Source: Bugula neritina (Eukaryota > Animalia > Bryozoa). From it: 64,000 nucleotides of DNA. Location of the stretch: assembly GCA_964035545.1 (NCBI GenBank), contig OZ037773.1:3067751-3131750 (forward strand), written 5' to 3'. Under the pieces are notes generated by a model, which had not been told where the DNA came from, ran no database searches, and saw only the letters and a list, made by a program, of their open reading frames with translations. The translations under genes were made by a program, and so were the position numbers. Each line of letters opens with the position of its first letter. Within the stretch, counting starts at the first letter, position 1. Shown here one piece after another: positions 13,321-25,300 of this stretch.

Positions 13321-13460
13321 TTAAAGGTCAAAAGCTTGACACTCAAGTCTTAGCAGTTAAATTGAGATTATATACATTAGGTTTTTTACTAACTTATTTT
13401 TCTGTATATTTTACTCAGTTGACAACAGACACTGTAAGTATAAAGCACTACTTATATACT
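13321..13460 (+). promoter_or_regulatory. Putative promoter / non-coding first exon and donor of gene B
   Basis: AAAGGTCA..TTGACACT...AGTTGACAA...GTAAGTATAAAGCACTAC (donor at 13434) is conserved with 56461-56600. The ATG exon is preceded by an acceptor (tgtag|TGAGATG), so an upstream exon is required. Confidence 0.5.
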
Positions 13461-14364
13461 AATAGAAATAGTTACAGAGTAGTAAAAGCGTTGGGGCAGT
13501 GTTAGATGTAGTGGGTTACAAGACTAATATAATAACTTTTATCAAAATTCTAGTAAGGTGTATATATACTACTAATGGTCAAAAATTTACTCATCGTACC
13601 TCATACGCTCACAATAAAGCATTTAGCCATATTCTGCTTCATATCTTCACAGAACCCTAGTGGGTCTTTATAATTTGCTCTCATACCCTCATTATTCATG
13701 TTCTTTGAAACTTATTTTTCGATTTCATACTGTTAATTTTTTTCATATTCCCCTTGTACCCTTTTTTCTTTCTCTCCTATAACATATTTGCTCATTACTC
13801 AGTCATATACTTCTCTTATGTAAAAATTCACAGATAGTTTTAAAATATGTGAGATAATTTTAAGGTCAGCAAACTGAGACTAAAGCATGATGATTGACGT
13901 TGCAAATAATTATATTTCTTAGTAACTTCATATCTTTTTATGCTGCTGAGCTGACTTAACATACAATGGTAGTATAAAATACTACTTATTATAGTAAGAA
14001 TAGTTGTTATAATTACAGATCAGTAAAATTATAGTAGAGGAGTAAAAGGGTCAGCATGTGTGAACACTGTGTTATTACTAATATAATAATTGTGTAATGT
14101 ATTGATATGTTATATTATATTGATAAGGTATATCAATGCATTGTATTGATATGGTATATATCAGTGTGTTATAATTATATTGAAATAGTCTATTTTATAG
14201 GTTATATATTGGTGTGTTATATATTGACATGAAATATATTGTTATGTTACATATTGCCATGTTACATATTGATATGTTATATATATTGATATAGTATATA
14301 TAATTGATGTATGTTATATATTGATATTTTATATATATTGATATACTTAATATATTGTAGTGAG

Positions 14365-16206
14365 ATGACACACTTCTATTACTTCCTGTATTTTGTTGTC
14401 TACCTATCTATCCATTCTGCAGGTAAAATTATTCTTTACTTGGTTTATGTTATTACCCTTTGTTATATAACATTTACACATTGTCTAGAAGAATATATGC
14501 AGTCATTATTATAGCTAAAATAATGACTGCATGCATATATTCATCTTAAATTAATTTTAATCATCAATGTTTATTATATTCTTTATTTCTCTTGTGTGTA
14601 TAAATTGATAATATTATATAATATAACATAATACAGTATAATACAATATAATATAGTATAATATAATATAGTATAATATAATATAATATAATATAATATA
14701 ATATAATATAATATAACATAATATAATATAATATAATATAATATAATATAATATAATATAATATAATATAATATAATATAATATAATATAATATAGTGTA
14801 ACATAATATAACACAATATAATATTATATTATAAAGTATTGCACAATTTGCAGTATTACATATCATCTAATATCTCCAGCACAGCCATCTACAGAGATAG
14901 AGTACAGTACTACAACTTCACCAGATTTCTATAAAGATGAGAAGATAACTTTCACCTGTGAAGCATCTGGTTATACTGATCTGAGAATCTTACGGTTACA
15001 TTATGAAGCTGATGGAGACAGTACAGTCTACAGGAGTGGATGTGCTCCAAGTATAGAAGATGACACAGTGTGGGAAAGTTCTTCAACTCCAGATATTACT
15101 ACTGTCTCTGGAATAGAAGGACTTGGAGTTAGTAATGCAGACTGTAACTCAGTTGGTAAACCTGAAGGGTTCACTCTTTCTGTACAACTCACTGTGACAG
15201 ATTCATCACTCAAAGGGAAGTTCTACTGTAGAGGGTTTGAAGGAGGAGGTGTGGGAGAAATACTTTCCTCAGACGTTTCAGTCGAAGTTAAAGGTAAACT
15301 CTTAGTAGTAACTGTTTCTATTTTAATATTATATGGTGACAGACTATCTTCTGAAACAACTTTAACAAACTTTAACTTTCAAATTGCCATTCATCTCCAC
15401 GGTGACATTCAATTCCCTTGCCACAACGAGTGGTGGTGAAACCGCTATATCTTGTCTTGTATAAGGCATCATACATAGTTTTTACTTCATTTTGTTAGGC
15501 ACTTAGCAAGGTAACGCAGTATTTAACTTTTTCTGTATGAAGCTGTATAAGTAAAAATCCGCTACAAGATCAACCTGTCACACACAATGTGTTGTCAACA
15601 AGAGCAGAAATTTCCAAGCTAATAAGATTATTTAGTTTCAAGTGATTACTGCTCATAAACCACATCTCTATAGCTACGCCTATGCATGCACTGCAGTGTC
15701 TGCATGTTTATATAAAGCATTTTTGAAAAAAATTATATTTGGATAGTTACAAAATAGACATGAGTACTTGAAATTTTAAAAGAGTAATCATACGCAGTCA
15801 AATATTCCTCTCATAAAAAACAACTTTTCTATCTGTGTTGATTTCTTATTTAATGTACTGGCGTCAGCTTAACAAAAAACACATACTTTGTACTTGATGG
15901 CAGGTGCAGGTGTTTTGGTTAATTGCTAATCTATTTTGCTAGAGATGTGTAATTCATGGCTGTGCTCTTGTTATAACAGTTGCTGCATACCCTAGACTAC
16001 TCTCAAAAAACATCACGAAAGGAAAAAGTATAATGATTCTATGTTTCTATTTTATTTAAGATTTTTTCTATATATACATATATATCATATAGCCAAAGCT
16101 TGAGATAAAAGTATTGGCAAGAACTCTTGCTACAGTTGTACTGTATATTTGTTGACCTGAAAGTTTTACATGTAGCTTATTTTTGCAAAGGATATATCTA
16201 TATATA

Positions 16207-16295
<89 letters not shown>

Positions 16296-18505
16296 ATTGT
16301 ATCGTGAGATTTTTAAAAAACAGCGATAAAAAAGTGCTCAAATTATTACGTGTATAATAATGAGCAATTATATTATTGAGGAAAAGAGCAATTTAATTAT
16401 ATAGATGTTGTTTTATTGTACTACTAATAGTTTCATGCCTCTTCGGCACTCCTCAGGCACAATATTGACAAATTTAAATTTTTACATTAAGAAAATCAAA
16501 ATGCTAAACACAAGGTAAAACGTAACGAAAACATAGCAGTGGCTGTATTGTTATATAGGTTTGTAGGTGTAAATTAATATATAAAAACCATAATGTAATG
16601 TACAAACATAATTTATAGCAGATGCATGAAGTTTTTGTTGGGTGACTATTCTCTATGGGTATTTGTATATTATTTACTATAGTACTTATAATATAAATAG
16701 GCTACAGAGTTTCTAGGTTTTGTGGTTGCACAGTAAGAATTTTTTTGAGTGTCGGCAGGTTGATAAGAGTTCGTTTCGCTTGTTTAAAGTACACATGTTA
16801 GGTTTGTATAAAATAAAGAAACATTCCCATAGGCATAAATTACACCTTTTGGTAGTTGTGTTGTATGGTTTCGCTTTTCTTAATATTTTCCAGCTTATGT
16901 TGTGCTTAATGTTTTTGTTAGTTAGTTGCCAAATGTGTTTGCTAAGTTCTGTTTGATTTGCTTTCTCCTTGTTTTTAAATGATGATCTGTGGTTTGCGTA
17001 TCTTAGTTTGAACGGTCCTTCACTTAGGCCAATGTATGTTGCAGGCTCGTTTTCGGTAGTTTCCACAGTTGCTTGGTATATAACTCTGCTCTCCTGGCAG
17101 CTTCCTTTCAGCGGACAACTTTCTTTTTTTCTACAGTTGCAGTTTTTTCTAGGGGTTTTGTTTTGTTGCTTCTGTTTCTCTAATAGTCTGTTATTGTGGG
17201 CATTTATGGTCTGTTTTATGTTTGGCATGCAGCTGTAGCTAACCTTTATAGTGTTTTTGTTGATTATTTTATAGAGTGGGTGTTGTTTTGGAAATTCCTC
17301 ATTCATGATTTTAAAGAAGATTTTTGCAATTCTTGTGGTTACATGTTGGCTGTATGGTGGATTGTACCAAACAACTTTTCTTTTTCGGTTTCGAGATTTC
17401 TGTTGTGTGTTGTTTGCAAACAATTTGTATGTTCACATATAAATTCATTGGTATACAATTATTAACGTCCAAATTAATATATTTACCTTCTGTAGACTTG
17501 GCCAGAAAACCTGGTGTTCAAGATCCAATTGTGAAAAAGTTCAACCCTCTACAACCTGATGCTAAACTAGACTGTAGCCAACATGTGGATGCTAACCCAC
17601 CACTCTCAACCTTCACTTGGACATATAATGGCGTTGTGACAACAGAAACATCTAATGAGCTGACTCTGGATTCTCAAAAGAATGGTGTGACAGAAACAGC
17701 TGAATGTGTAGCTGAAAATGGTTTATGTAAGAAATTGTTTAAATTGTACCACTGATGATAATTTATGCATGCCGTTACTTTAAGCTTAAAAAAATTATTG
17801 ACACTAATTATGCAATACATTTTATTAGATGGTAAACTTACTTATAGTACTAAATATGATGCTCAGAAATAATACAACATTTTAAAATAGTTATTATGTT
17901 ATATTGACATTTCCCTTTTATTCTGTTCTTATTATGCAGCCAAATCGGTTACTATTACATGGACAATAAAGTGGGATAGTTCTATCACACTACCAAGCAC
18001 AATCCCAACCACGACTCCTTCTGAAAAACCACCATGTGCGAGCATAAACAAAACTGCTCTGGGAGGAGGATTAGCTGGTGGTTTTCTGTTACTCATCATC
18101 ACAGCTGGAGTAGCATTTCATCTTGGAAAACTAAAAGGTATTGAGTTGATGAAATTCAAATATAAAATAATAATTTCATTACAAAAATTTACCAAGCTGC
18201 ATTCCAAAAAGGTAATTGCAAAATAAAACCGACTTGCCTTGCTTCATTAAGGAATTGGGTCACAAGGTGTAACAAGGACTGATAACTCTCCATACCCAGA
18301 GATTTCTGTCAATAGGACTGATAACTTCCCATACACAGAGATGTCTGTCACTAGAACTGATAACTCCCCATATACGGAGGTGTCTGCCACTAGAATGGAT
18401 GATCACAACTATGACTCACTTGATATTATATTTGATAGACAAGCAGTTAATACAGATAACCATGAGGCACCCTCTGGGCAAACTTATGTAAACATCAGAA
18501 GCTAG
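14365..18505 (+). CDS. Gene B: 2-Ig-domain paralog (D1+D3, D2 lost) with TM and tyrosine-motif tail (~384 aa, 5 coding exons)
   Basis: Exons 14365-14422 (MTHFYYFLYFVVYLSIHSA), 14880-15293, 17496-17726, 17940-18137, 18252-18505 (ends TYVNIRS*). GT-AG phase-1 introns, 1155 nt open frame, AATAAA at 18573-18578. D1 is ~81% identical to gene A D1 (26 of 138 differences by hand). Confidence 0.82.
14610..14830. repeat. (ATATA)n microsatellite in gene B intron
   Basis: Direct pentamer array. Confidence 0.95.
15980..16060 (+). pseudogene. Relic of first D2 exon in gene B
   Basis: Acceptor ataacag followed by VAAYPRLLSKNITKGKSIMILC then a stop. ATCACGAAAGGAAAAAG resembles gene A ATCACGGAAGGAACAG (KITEG); position matches exon 3 of A and C. 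Confidence 0.5.
16192..16291. repeat. (TA)n microsatellite at the PLE 3' end
   Basis: Direct dinucleotide array. Confidence 0.95.
16292..17425 (-). mobile_element. 5'-truncated Penelope-like retroelement (RT C-terminus/linker + GIY-YIG endonuclease) in gene B intron
   Basis: ORF 16713-17423 has WYNPPYS, KVSYSCMPN, CNCR..CPL.G.C, VIYQA..TYIG (GIY-YIG), FKLRYANH and CNLCL.E, all typical of PLE proteins. The 3' region carries a hammerhead and abuts a (TA)n tract. Confidence 0.9.
16414..16464 (-). ncRNA. Minimal type I hammerhead ribozyme of the Penelope-like element
   Basis: Minus strand reads UAUUGUGC-CUGAGGA-GUGCC-gaaga-GGCAU-GAAA-C-uauua-G-UA-GUACAAUA: 8-bp stem I, CUGANGA box, 5-bp stem II, GAAA, 1-bp stem III and GUA cleavage triplet. 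Confidence 0.85.
18275..18430 (+). repeat. 39-bp coding minisatellite in gene B tail (3 units + YDSL variant)
   Basis: Units start at 18275, 18314, 18353, 18392 and encode SPYPEI, FPYTEM, SPYTEV, HNYDSL. Confidence 0.92.
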
Positions 18506-19356
18506 TTAAGCATTATTACTGTAGACAGCACTATATAGATGTTCTTCATGCACATAATAATCAGGTATAACCAATAAAATCTTCAATTGCCTAATACTGT
18601 TACTATGAATTGTAGGCAACCATCATGTGAACTCTTTTAAATTAATTAGACATCAAATTTTTAATAAATTAGAGATTTTCTATTGGACAAGCCAACTTCT
18701 TGCTTCAAATCTTGGAATAACTACTAACTTTAATATTATATATATCGAAATTTTCTAGAATAGAGTGATGCTATATAGTTTATAGGCAGAAGAAACTCAA
18801 GCCAGGTCATCATGGCATATCGTCAAACTGTTTTACCTTCAACTTATAAACTTATGCTATACTCAACTGTAGATTAGATATGTTTATTATTGTACATATG
18901 TTAGAATGAGACACAGTCTAATATAGTCAAATGTAGTTTGAATTCACTTTTGATGCCAACTTGTTTTTATTATATAATTTTAAAGAAAGTTCTCCACATT
19001 TGTTTGTTAAGTGTAGCCTTTTTTGACTCATTGTTCTTTATAAGCTTTTCTTTAGTTAACTGTCACACTAGTTCAATAACTTGTGAACTTGTGCTCTAGA
19101 TATACACAATTTTAAATCAAGAACTATTTAGAAAGCAGACATGTTTATTTTTAGTGCAATTGTAACTTCATTAGCTGAAAAGGATTTCTCTCAACATTAT
19201 TAAAATTTAAATACTCAACAATTTAAAAGCTTTTGTTTTATTTCTGTTATGATTCATTGTGAGATAAATTATTCTTTTTAAATTATAGAATAGTTTGGTT
19301 ATGTAAGAAGACTTTTAGATGTTATGGTAGACTTCATGCTGCTTTGTCATATATAG

Positions 19357-19360
<4 letters not shown>

Positions 19361-19436
<76 letters not shown>
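19361..19436. repeat. (TA)n microsatellite
   Basis: Direct dinucleotide array. Confidence 0.95.
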
Positions 19437-19440
<4 letters not shown>

Positions 19441-20461
19441 GTACAATGAAAGAGCCTTATATACAACTATTCAGTATATATAATTGCTTGCAACCTATTT
19501 AGATGAAAGCTTTTTCAGCTCCGAGTCCCCCACTAACAATTTACATTGATATGACGTTGTATAAACGTTGGAAAAAACGTTTATTAAATGTTTAAATGTC
19601 GACACATTTTTGTACTATATACAACGTTTGAAACAAACGTTTATCGCAAAACGTTTTACCAACCTTTCATAAACGTTGCGTTGCATAACGTTGTGTAGAT
19701 GTTTTACATACAACGTTGGTGAAAGGTTGCGATCCAACATTGCGTAAACGTTTAAATTTAAATGTATCTCTTTGTCTCGCACAACGTTTAGGCAACAACG
19801 TTTTCTGCAAACTATTTTACCAACGTTTCATAAACAAGTCATACAAACGTTGCCATAACATTGCTTCGGCAACGTTTTTATAATGTTGCAAAGCAAGCGT
19901 TATCTAGATGTTCAAATGTAGACGTTATTTAGCTTTTTTATCTAAAACGTTCTATAAACAACTTTTCATAAATGTTATTATAATGTTGTATAAACTCTAT
20001 GCAGCATTGCAAATTTAGGTTATTATAATTATTTGGCAAGGTTTACATAACCATTGCTATATTAAAGTATATATAGCAGTATAATATATACAAGTGGAAG
20101 TTTTATATTGTGTATTGATAACTTTATTGTTTAAAAGTGAAGAGCAATAATTACAAAAAAAAATGTTACTAAAAAAACACGTGCAACCTAATATAAAGAC
20201 GTATTTGGCAATTTAAATGAGCTAAAATAAATTACATATAAAAAATGTGGCTCAATAAGTAGATAAATAAATTCATATTGGAGCTAATGCAAAAATTATA
20301 GATAGCAACAGGTCATAAGAAATACGCAAAATATTTAAGCAGCCAAAAAAGTAAAGCTGATTTACAAATGTTGATTCAAAACATAGCTATTTAGTAAAGT
20401 CAACAAAGAAAACATTTCTGTATATAAGCAAGTAAACGGAATAATACAAATTATCATTTTA

Positions 20462-20699
20462 GAACGCTAATCCCTTTATATCCAAAGCTGAACATTAGCA
20501 ATGAGCTTTATTTACTTTTTGGAGATTTAAAGTTATTTTAGCTTTCTAATTATTAAGCTTCATCCAAAATTGTGGTCCAGCTGAATGTTACAGAATAGGC
20601 TTCCGAAGACTGTGAATTCAGTCTGCTCATTCTTTTCCCCAAAATATATATTTAAAGCTTCAAGGTCTTGCTGCTCTTTACAGTAAGATGGTAACCACC
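20462..20699 (-). pseudogene. Possible decayed last exon of an EnSpm accessory ORF (DUF4806-like)
   Basis: Acceptor ttgtag, then WLPSYCKEQQDLEALNIYF...IKLIANVQLWI*RD*R with stops. Pattern and position near the element 3' end fit animal EnSpm second ORFs. Confidence 0.25.
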
Positions 20700-20809
20700 T
20701 ACAAAGCAACAAGAATACTGACTAGAAACAAAAAAACATTCAATGTAAATGTATATAAACTGTGGTAAAATGAAGTCGTGTTTAAGAATATGTTGTGAAA
20801 ATGGATGGT

Positions 20810-22320
20810 CAAATTCAAATTTTTGTTTATTTTTCTATAAAGATGACAAAAAAATTTGATATATTCCTAAATGGGTAGGCAACTTCGACCTTATGTGCAT
20901 TTCACTATAAAATGACAAACAAGCGTGATCAAAAATAGGTGACAACTTCAAGTTTATGTAAGTTTTGCTATAAAGATCGCAAACAAGACAGTTCTTAAAA
21001 TGGGCAGGCAACTTCAATTTTACTTAGATTTTATTATAAAAATGACTAACAAGAACGTTGGAAAATGGGTGGACAACTTCAATTTTATGTACATTTCACC
21101 ATAAAATAATATGACAAACAAGAAAGTTGGTAATTGACTGGCCAACTTCAATTGTATTTACATTTCACTATAAACAACTAGCACAAAAGTTAAATGGGTG
21201 GGCAACTTCAATTTCATGTACATTTTACTATGAAAATGACTAACAGAACATTGAAAAATGAATGGACAACTTCAAGTTTATGAACATTTTGCCATTAATA
21301 TGACAAACAATAAAATTAGGAAATGGGTGGGCAACTTCAAGATTATGTACATCTCACCATAAAATAATATGACAAACAAGAAAGTTGGTAATTGACTGGC
21401 CAACTTCAATTGTATTTACATTTCACTATAAACAACTAGCACAAAAGTTAAATGGGTGGGCAACTTCAATTTCATGTACATTTTACTATGAAAATGACTA
21501 ACAGAACATTGAAAAATGAATGGACAACTTCAAGTTTATGAACATTTTGCCATTAAAATGACAAACAATAAAATTAGGAAATGGGTGGGCAACTTCAAGA
21601 TTATGTACATCTCACCATAAAATAATATGACAAACAAGAAAGTTGGTAATTGACTGTCCAACTTCAATTGTATTTACATTTCACTATAAACAACTAGCAA
21701 AAAAATTTAAATGGGTGGGCAACTTCAATTTCATGTACATATTACTATGAAAATGACTAACAGAACATTGGAAAATGGGTGAGCAACTTCAAGTTTATGA
21801 ACATTTTGCCATAGATGACCAGCAATAAAAGTAGAAATGAGTGGACAACTTCAATTTTATGTATATTTCACTATAAAGATGGCAAGCAAGACTGTTTAGA
21901 TATTGGTGGGTATTTTTAATTATTTTACATTTCACTATAAATATAAAAAAGATTGTTCAGAGATTGGTGGGTACTTTTAATTTAATATAAATTTTGTGTA
22001 CATTTAACTATAAAAATTACTAACAATAGTGTTTGGAATTGGGTGTGCAAGCTTGACTTTATGCTAGTTTTACTAAAAAGATGACTAACAAAACAGTTGG
22101 AACATAGGTAGGCAACTTCACCTACATTTTGCTATAATGATTATTAAAATAATGTCTGATCATAGGTGGGCGACCTCACCTTCATACATACTGTTCTATA
22201 AAGATGACTAATAATTGGAAACTTGTGAAAATAGGTGGGCAACTTCTAATCCATGCACATTTTACTATAAAAATGACCAACAAGAAAATGGGGAAATGGG
22301 TAAGCAACTTCCAGTTCAAT
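20810..22320. repeat. ~64-bp minisatellite with 258-bp higher-order repeat
   Basis: Core GGGTGGGCAACTTCAATTTTATGTACATTTCACTATAAAATGAC; marker ATAAAATAATATGAC recurs at 21101, 21359 and 21617. Confidence 0.9.
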
Positions 22321-25300
22321 TCCAATAACTTACTTTAAACTGCTAAATATTACACTTTTCAAAGAATTATTGATATAATGACCTAACTTTGTAAATAATA
22401 TTATCAGTGCATAACTTATTTATTTTTATTTACAAACTAAAACTTTAAACTTTTTGAAAAGTTTGGTCAATATTATAAGGCAAGAGGTGATGTATTAAAT
22501 ACTACTTTCAAACATTACAAGCTTCAAATAATCAGAGTTGTGCTCACCAACCTATCAATAAGTTCACATAGTGGCACCTGTGCATTCCCTCATATACAGT
22601 GTGTAAATTACAGATAACTTCATTGGTATGACTATAAATTTACCTAAATAGCCAAGTACATGGAAATAGCTAAACTCCTATCATTCAATGAAAGCAAGGT
22701 ATAGATTGGTTCTTCTTGATGCACAGCCTGGGTAATTTTCTTATCAAGTAATCACAGGTGTGAGAATGGCTCAAGGGAAATTATTATTTTTAGCCTACAA
22801 ATAATAAAATATGCACAGATTAAACTAATAATTAAAATAGATTTTAACAAACTAGTTTCTGGCAAAAAAGGAATATTTTTGAAAAAACCAAAATGGTATA
22901 GGTTGAAGGAGTTAGGTGCAAAATGCATAACTATGTTCATGAAAACATTAATTATGCATGTGTACAGTATTCAAGCTATAAAATTTCAATATTATATAAA
23001 CTACTTGCTTGGAGCAAAATCAGCGACTTGGATTAATTTGAGGAATAAAATTTATGGAGATGATTAAACAACTTCAATTTGATGTAGGTTATACTGTCAT
23101 TTTAATTAACCTTCTTTAAATTTTATCAGTGACTTTGGCTCCAAGTCGCAAATTTAATATTTCAGTAATTAAAGAATAAATAGCAATTATACACACAGAG
23201 TTAAATAAATTGTGCCAAATTCATATTCAAGTTTTTTCTCTAAAATTATCTAGTAACTATTAATTTGTTCACAACTATGCTGATTGCATGTGTTAATCAC
23301 TGTGTCGTGACATTCATGCATGAACGGATATAATCTACACGCACATACTGCTTGTTTTATACTAAACACAATATGAGGTATAGTCTGAATTATTCTAGAA
23401 AAAATTAGCAGTGATTTGGAGTTATTTATCCAATAAAGCTTTATAAAGTGGGTACGAAACTTTTAATTTATGTATGATCTACTAACCACTATGCCATAAC
23501 TTGATGATTTTTGTTCAATTAAACAGAATTGCATTGTCAAAGAAAAGGTGCAACCTGCATATCTAGATAAAAGCATGAAAAATTGCCTTTAGTATGTATG
23601 TTCAAACAATGAATTAGTATACATAATATTTGATTAAATCAAAGACTATAACAAATTTGTTATTTAAGGCGATTTTAAAGAGTAAGTAGGCAACCTAAAT
23701 TTATTGTAAATTTTACTGTAATGATGACCAGCACAAATGTTGTGAAGAAGGTAGGAAACTTCAATTCAAAATAGGTAACCATGCACTCTGTCTAATGAAA
23801 CTGGCACAGGCTAAAAGGGCATAGGTAATAACTAATAATGGCACAAGTAATTTAATGGAAAAATGAAATATTGCAGTCATTAAGTACCTTGATGATCAAT
23901 TTAAACATGTAAAATTTTCAATCAACTCAAAAATTATGTTACAATAATCTATGAGAAAAAAGCAAAGTACTATTTTTCAATAGTTGCCTTTAAAATTTAA
24001 AAGACTGTATTCATAATGATTATTTATAGATTGCAAGCAATCTAAGCATTGTACCTAGCTTCACCAACATTACAATAATATGGTTGGGAGTTGTGCTTAC
24101 CATTTAATCAAACATGGTGGAACTTGTGCATTTCACAAGTTTACAGTATGTGCATAATTGGTACTATTACAAATTACCTTCTTAGCCAAATTATACTTGG
24201 AATTGCTGAAATCCTATCTTTCCGCCCATGCAGTTCTAGTTGATGCCGGGCCTAGATATTTTTTATTCGCTTCAAGTAGTCACAGGTGTGATAATAGCCT
24301 GAAGAAAATTCATACTTGTTTGCCTGCAAATAATATACACATTTAATAGACTGCAACAAACGTTTTATTGAACAAAAAGCAACAATCTTTTAAAAAGACT
24401 CTGTACTTAAATATAGTTGCTTATGGAAGAGATTCAAGATGCTTGTACAATCATAAAATTGATAAAAATGATCACCATGTGCATTGTATTTCTGCTACGT
24501 TTATTCCACGTCATATAAAATACTTGCATAATGAATAGAATTAGCACTTTATAGTGTTTACTTAGCATCCTTCTTTCCAACTTCAGAGTCAGATTGCTTT
24601 TCCATATTAGAGTAATCAATATAACCAAAGTAGTGAAAAGGATTATCTGAAAAGAAAAATTTGTGAACTTACAAATATGAAATAATAAGATAATAATATA
24701 ATATATTGATATTAACATAGACTATAAATTTTAATTAAAACGAACTTTTTTCTGATTAAAAAACAAATTTTGCAAATAAGTTGCTTTTAAAAATTAATGT
24801 AGGAATATATACATTAGATTAGCAATAACTTGACATTATGATTACATTTATTTAAGACATAAGTTTACAAACATTTTCAATTTATCATCTATAATACAAT
24901 TATTATTTTTAATATTATTATAAACTCTAAAGTTTAAAAGTTTAAAATTAAATTCAACATGGGAGATGCGAGACCTCTAGCTTTAAATTAAAAACTACTG
25001 AGACAATGAAATTAAATATATCTATAGTTCTACTGGTCTAACTTTAAGTTACACCTCTTATAGTAGTACTAGTAGTACTAGGATGATAAATTAAAATTAA
25101 CGTTTAACTTATAACTATAGTCTCACTGATCATAGTGTTAGTTAAAAGATAAACTTGAGTATATATAATATTAATTTTTCATTATTATTATAATTTTCTA
25201 TTAAGTTGCGTCTGATAACTTATTACATTTGTAAGTGATACCAAATATTATATGTTTAGTGGTCTAACCTGTATTTTGGCGAATCTCCATGTTTTTCAGA

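Noticed and set aside
14564-14866. Overlapping YYIIL-repeat ORFs
   Set aside because: Translations of the (ATATA)n microsatellite in a gene B intron.
7829-18505. Naming the genes Alr1/Alr2, FREP, nectin or SIRP
   Set aside because: Only the architecture is similar; there is no fibrinogen domain and no recognisable orthologous sequence, so no symbol was assigned.
20810-22320. CRISPR-like regular repeats
   Set aside because: Whole units are homologous with no unique spacers, there are no cas genes, and the context is eukaryotic.
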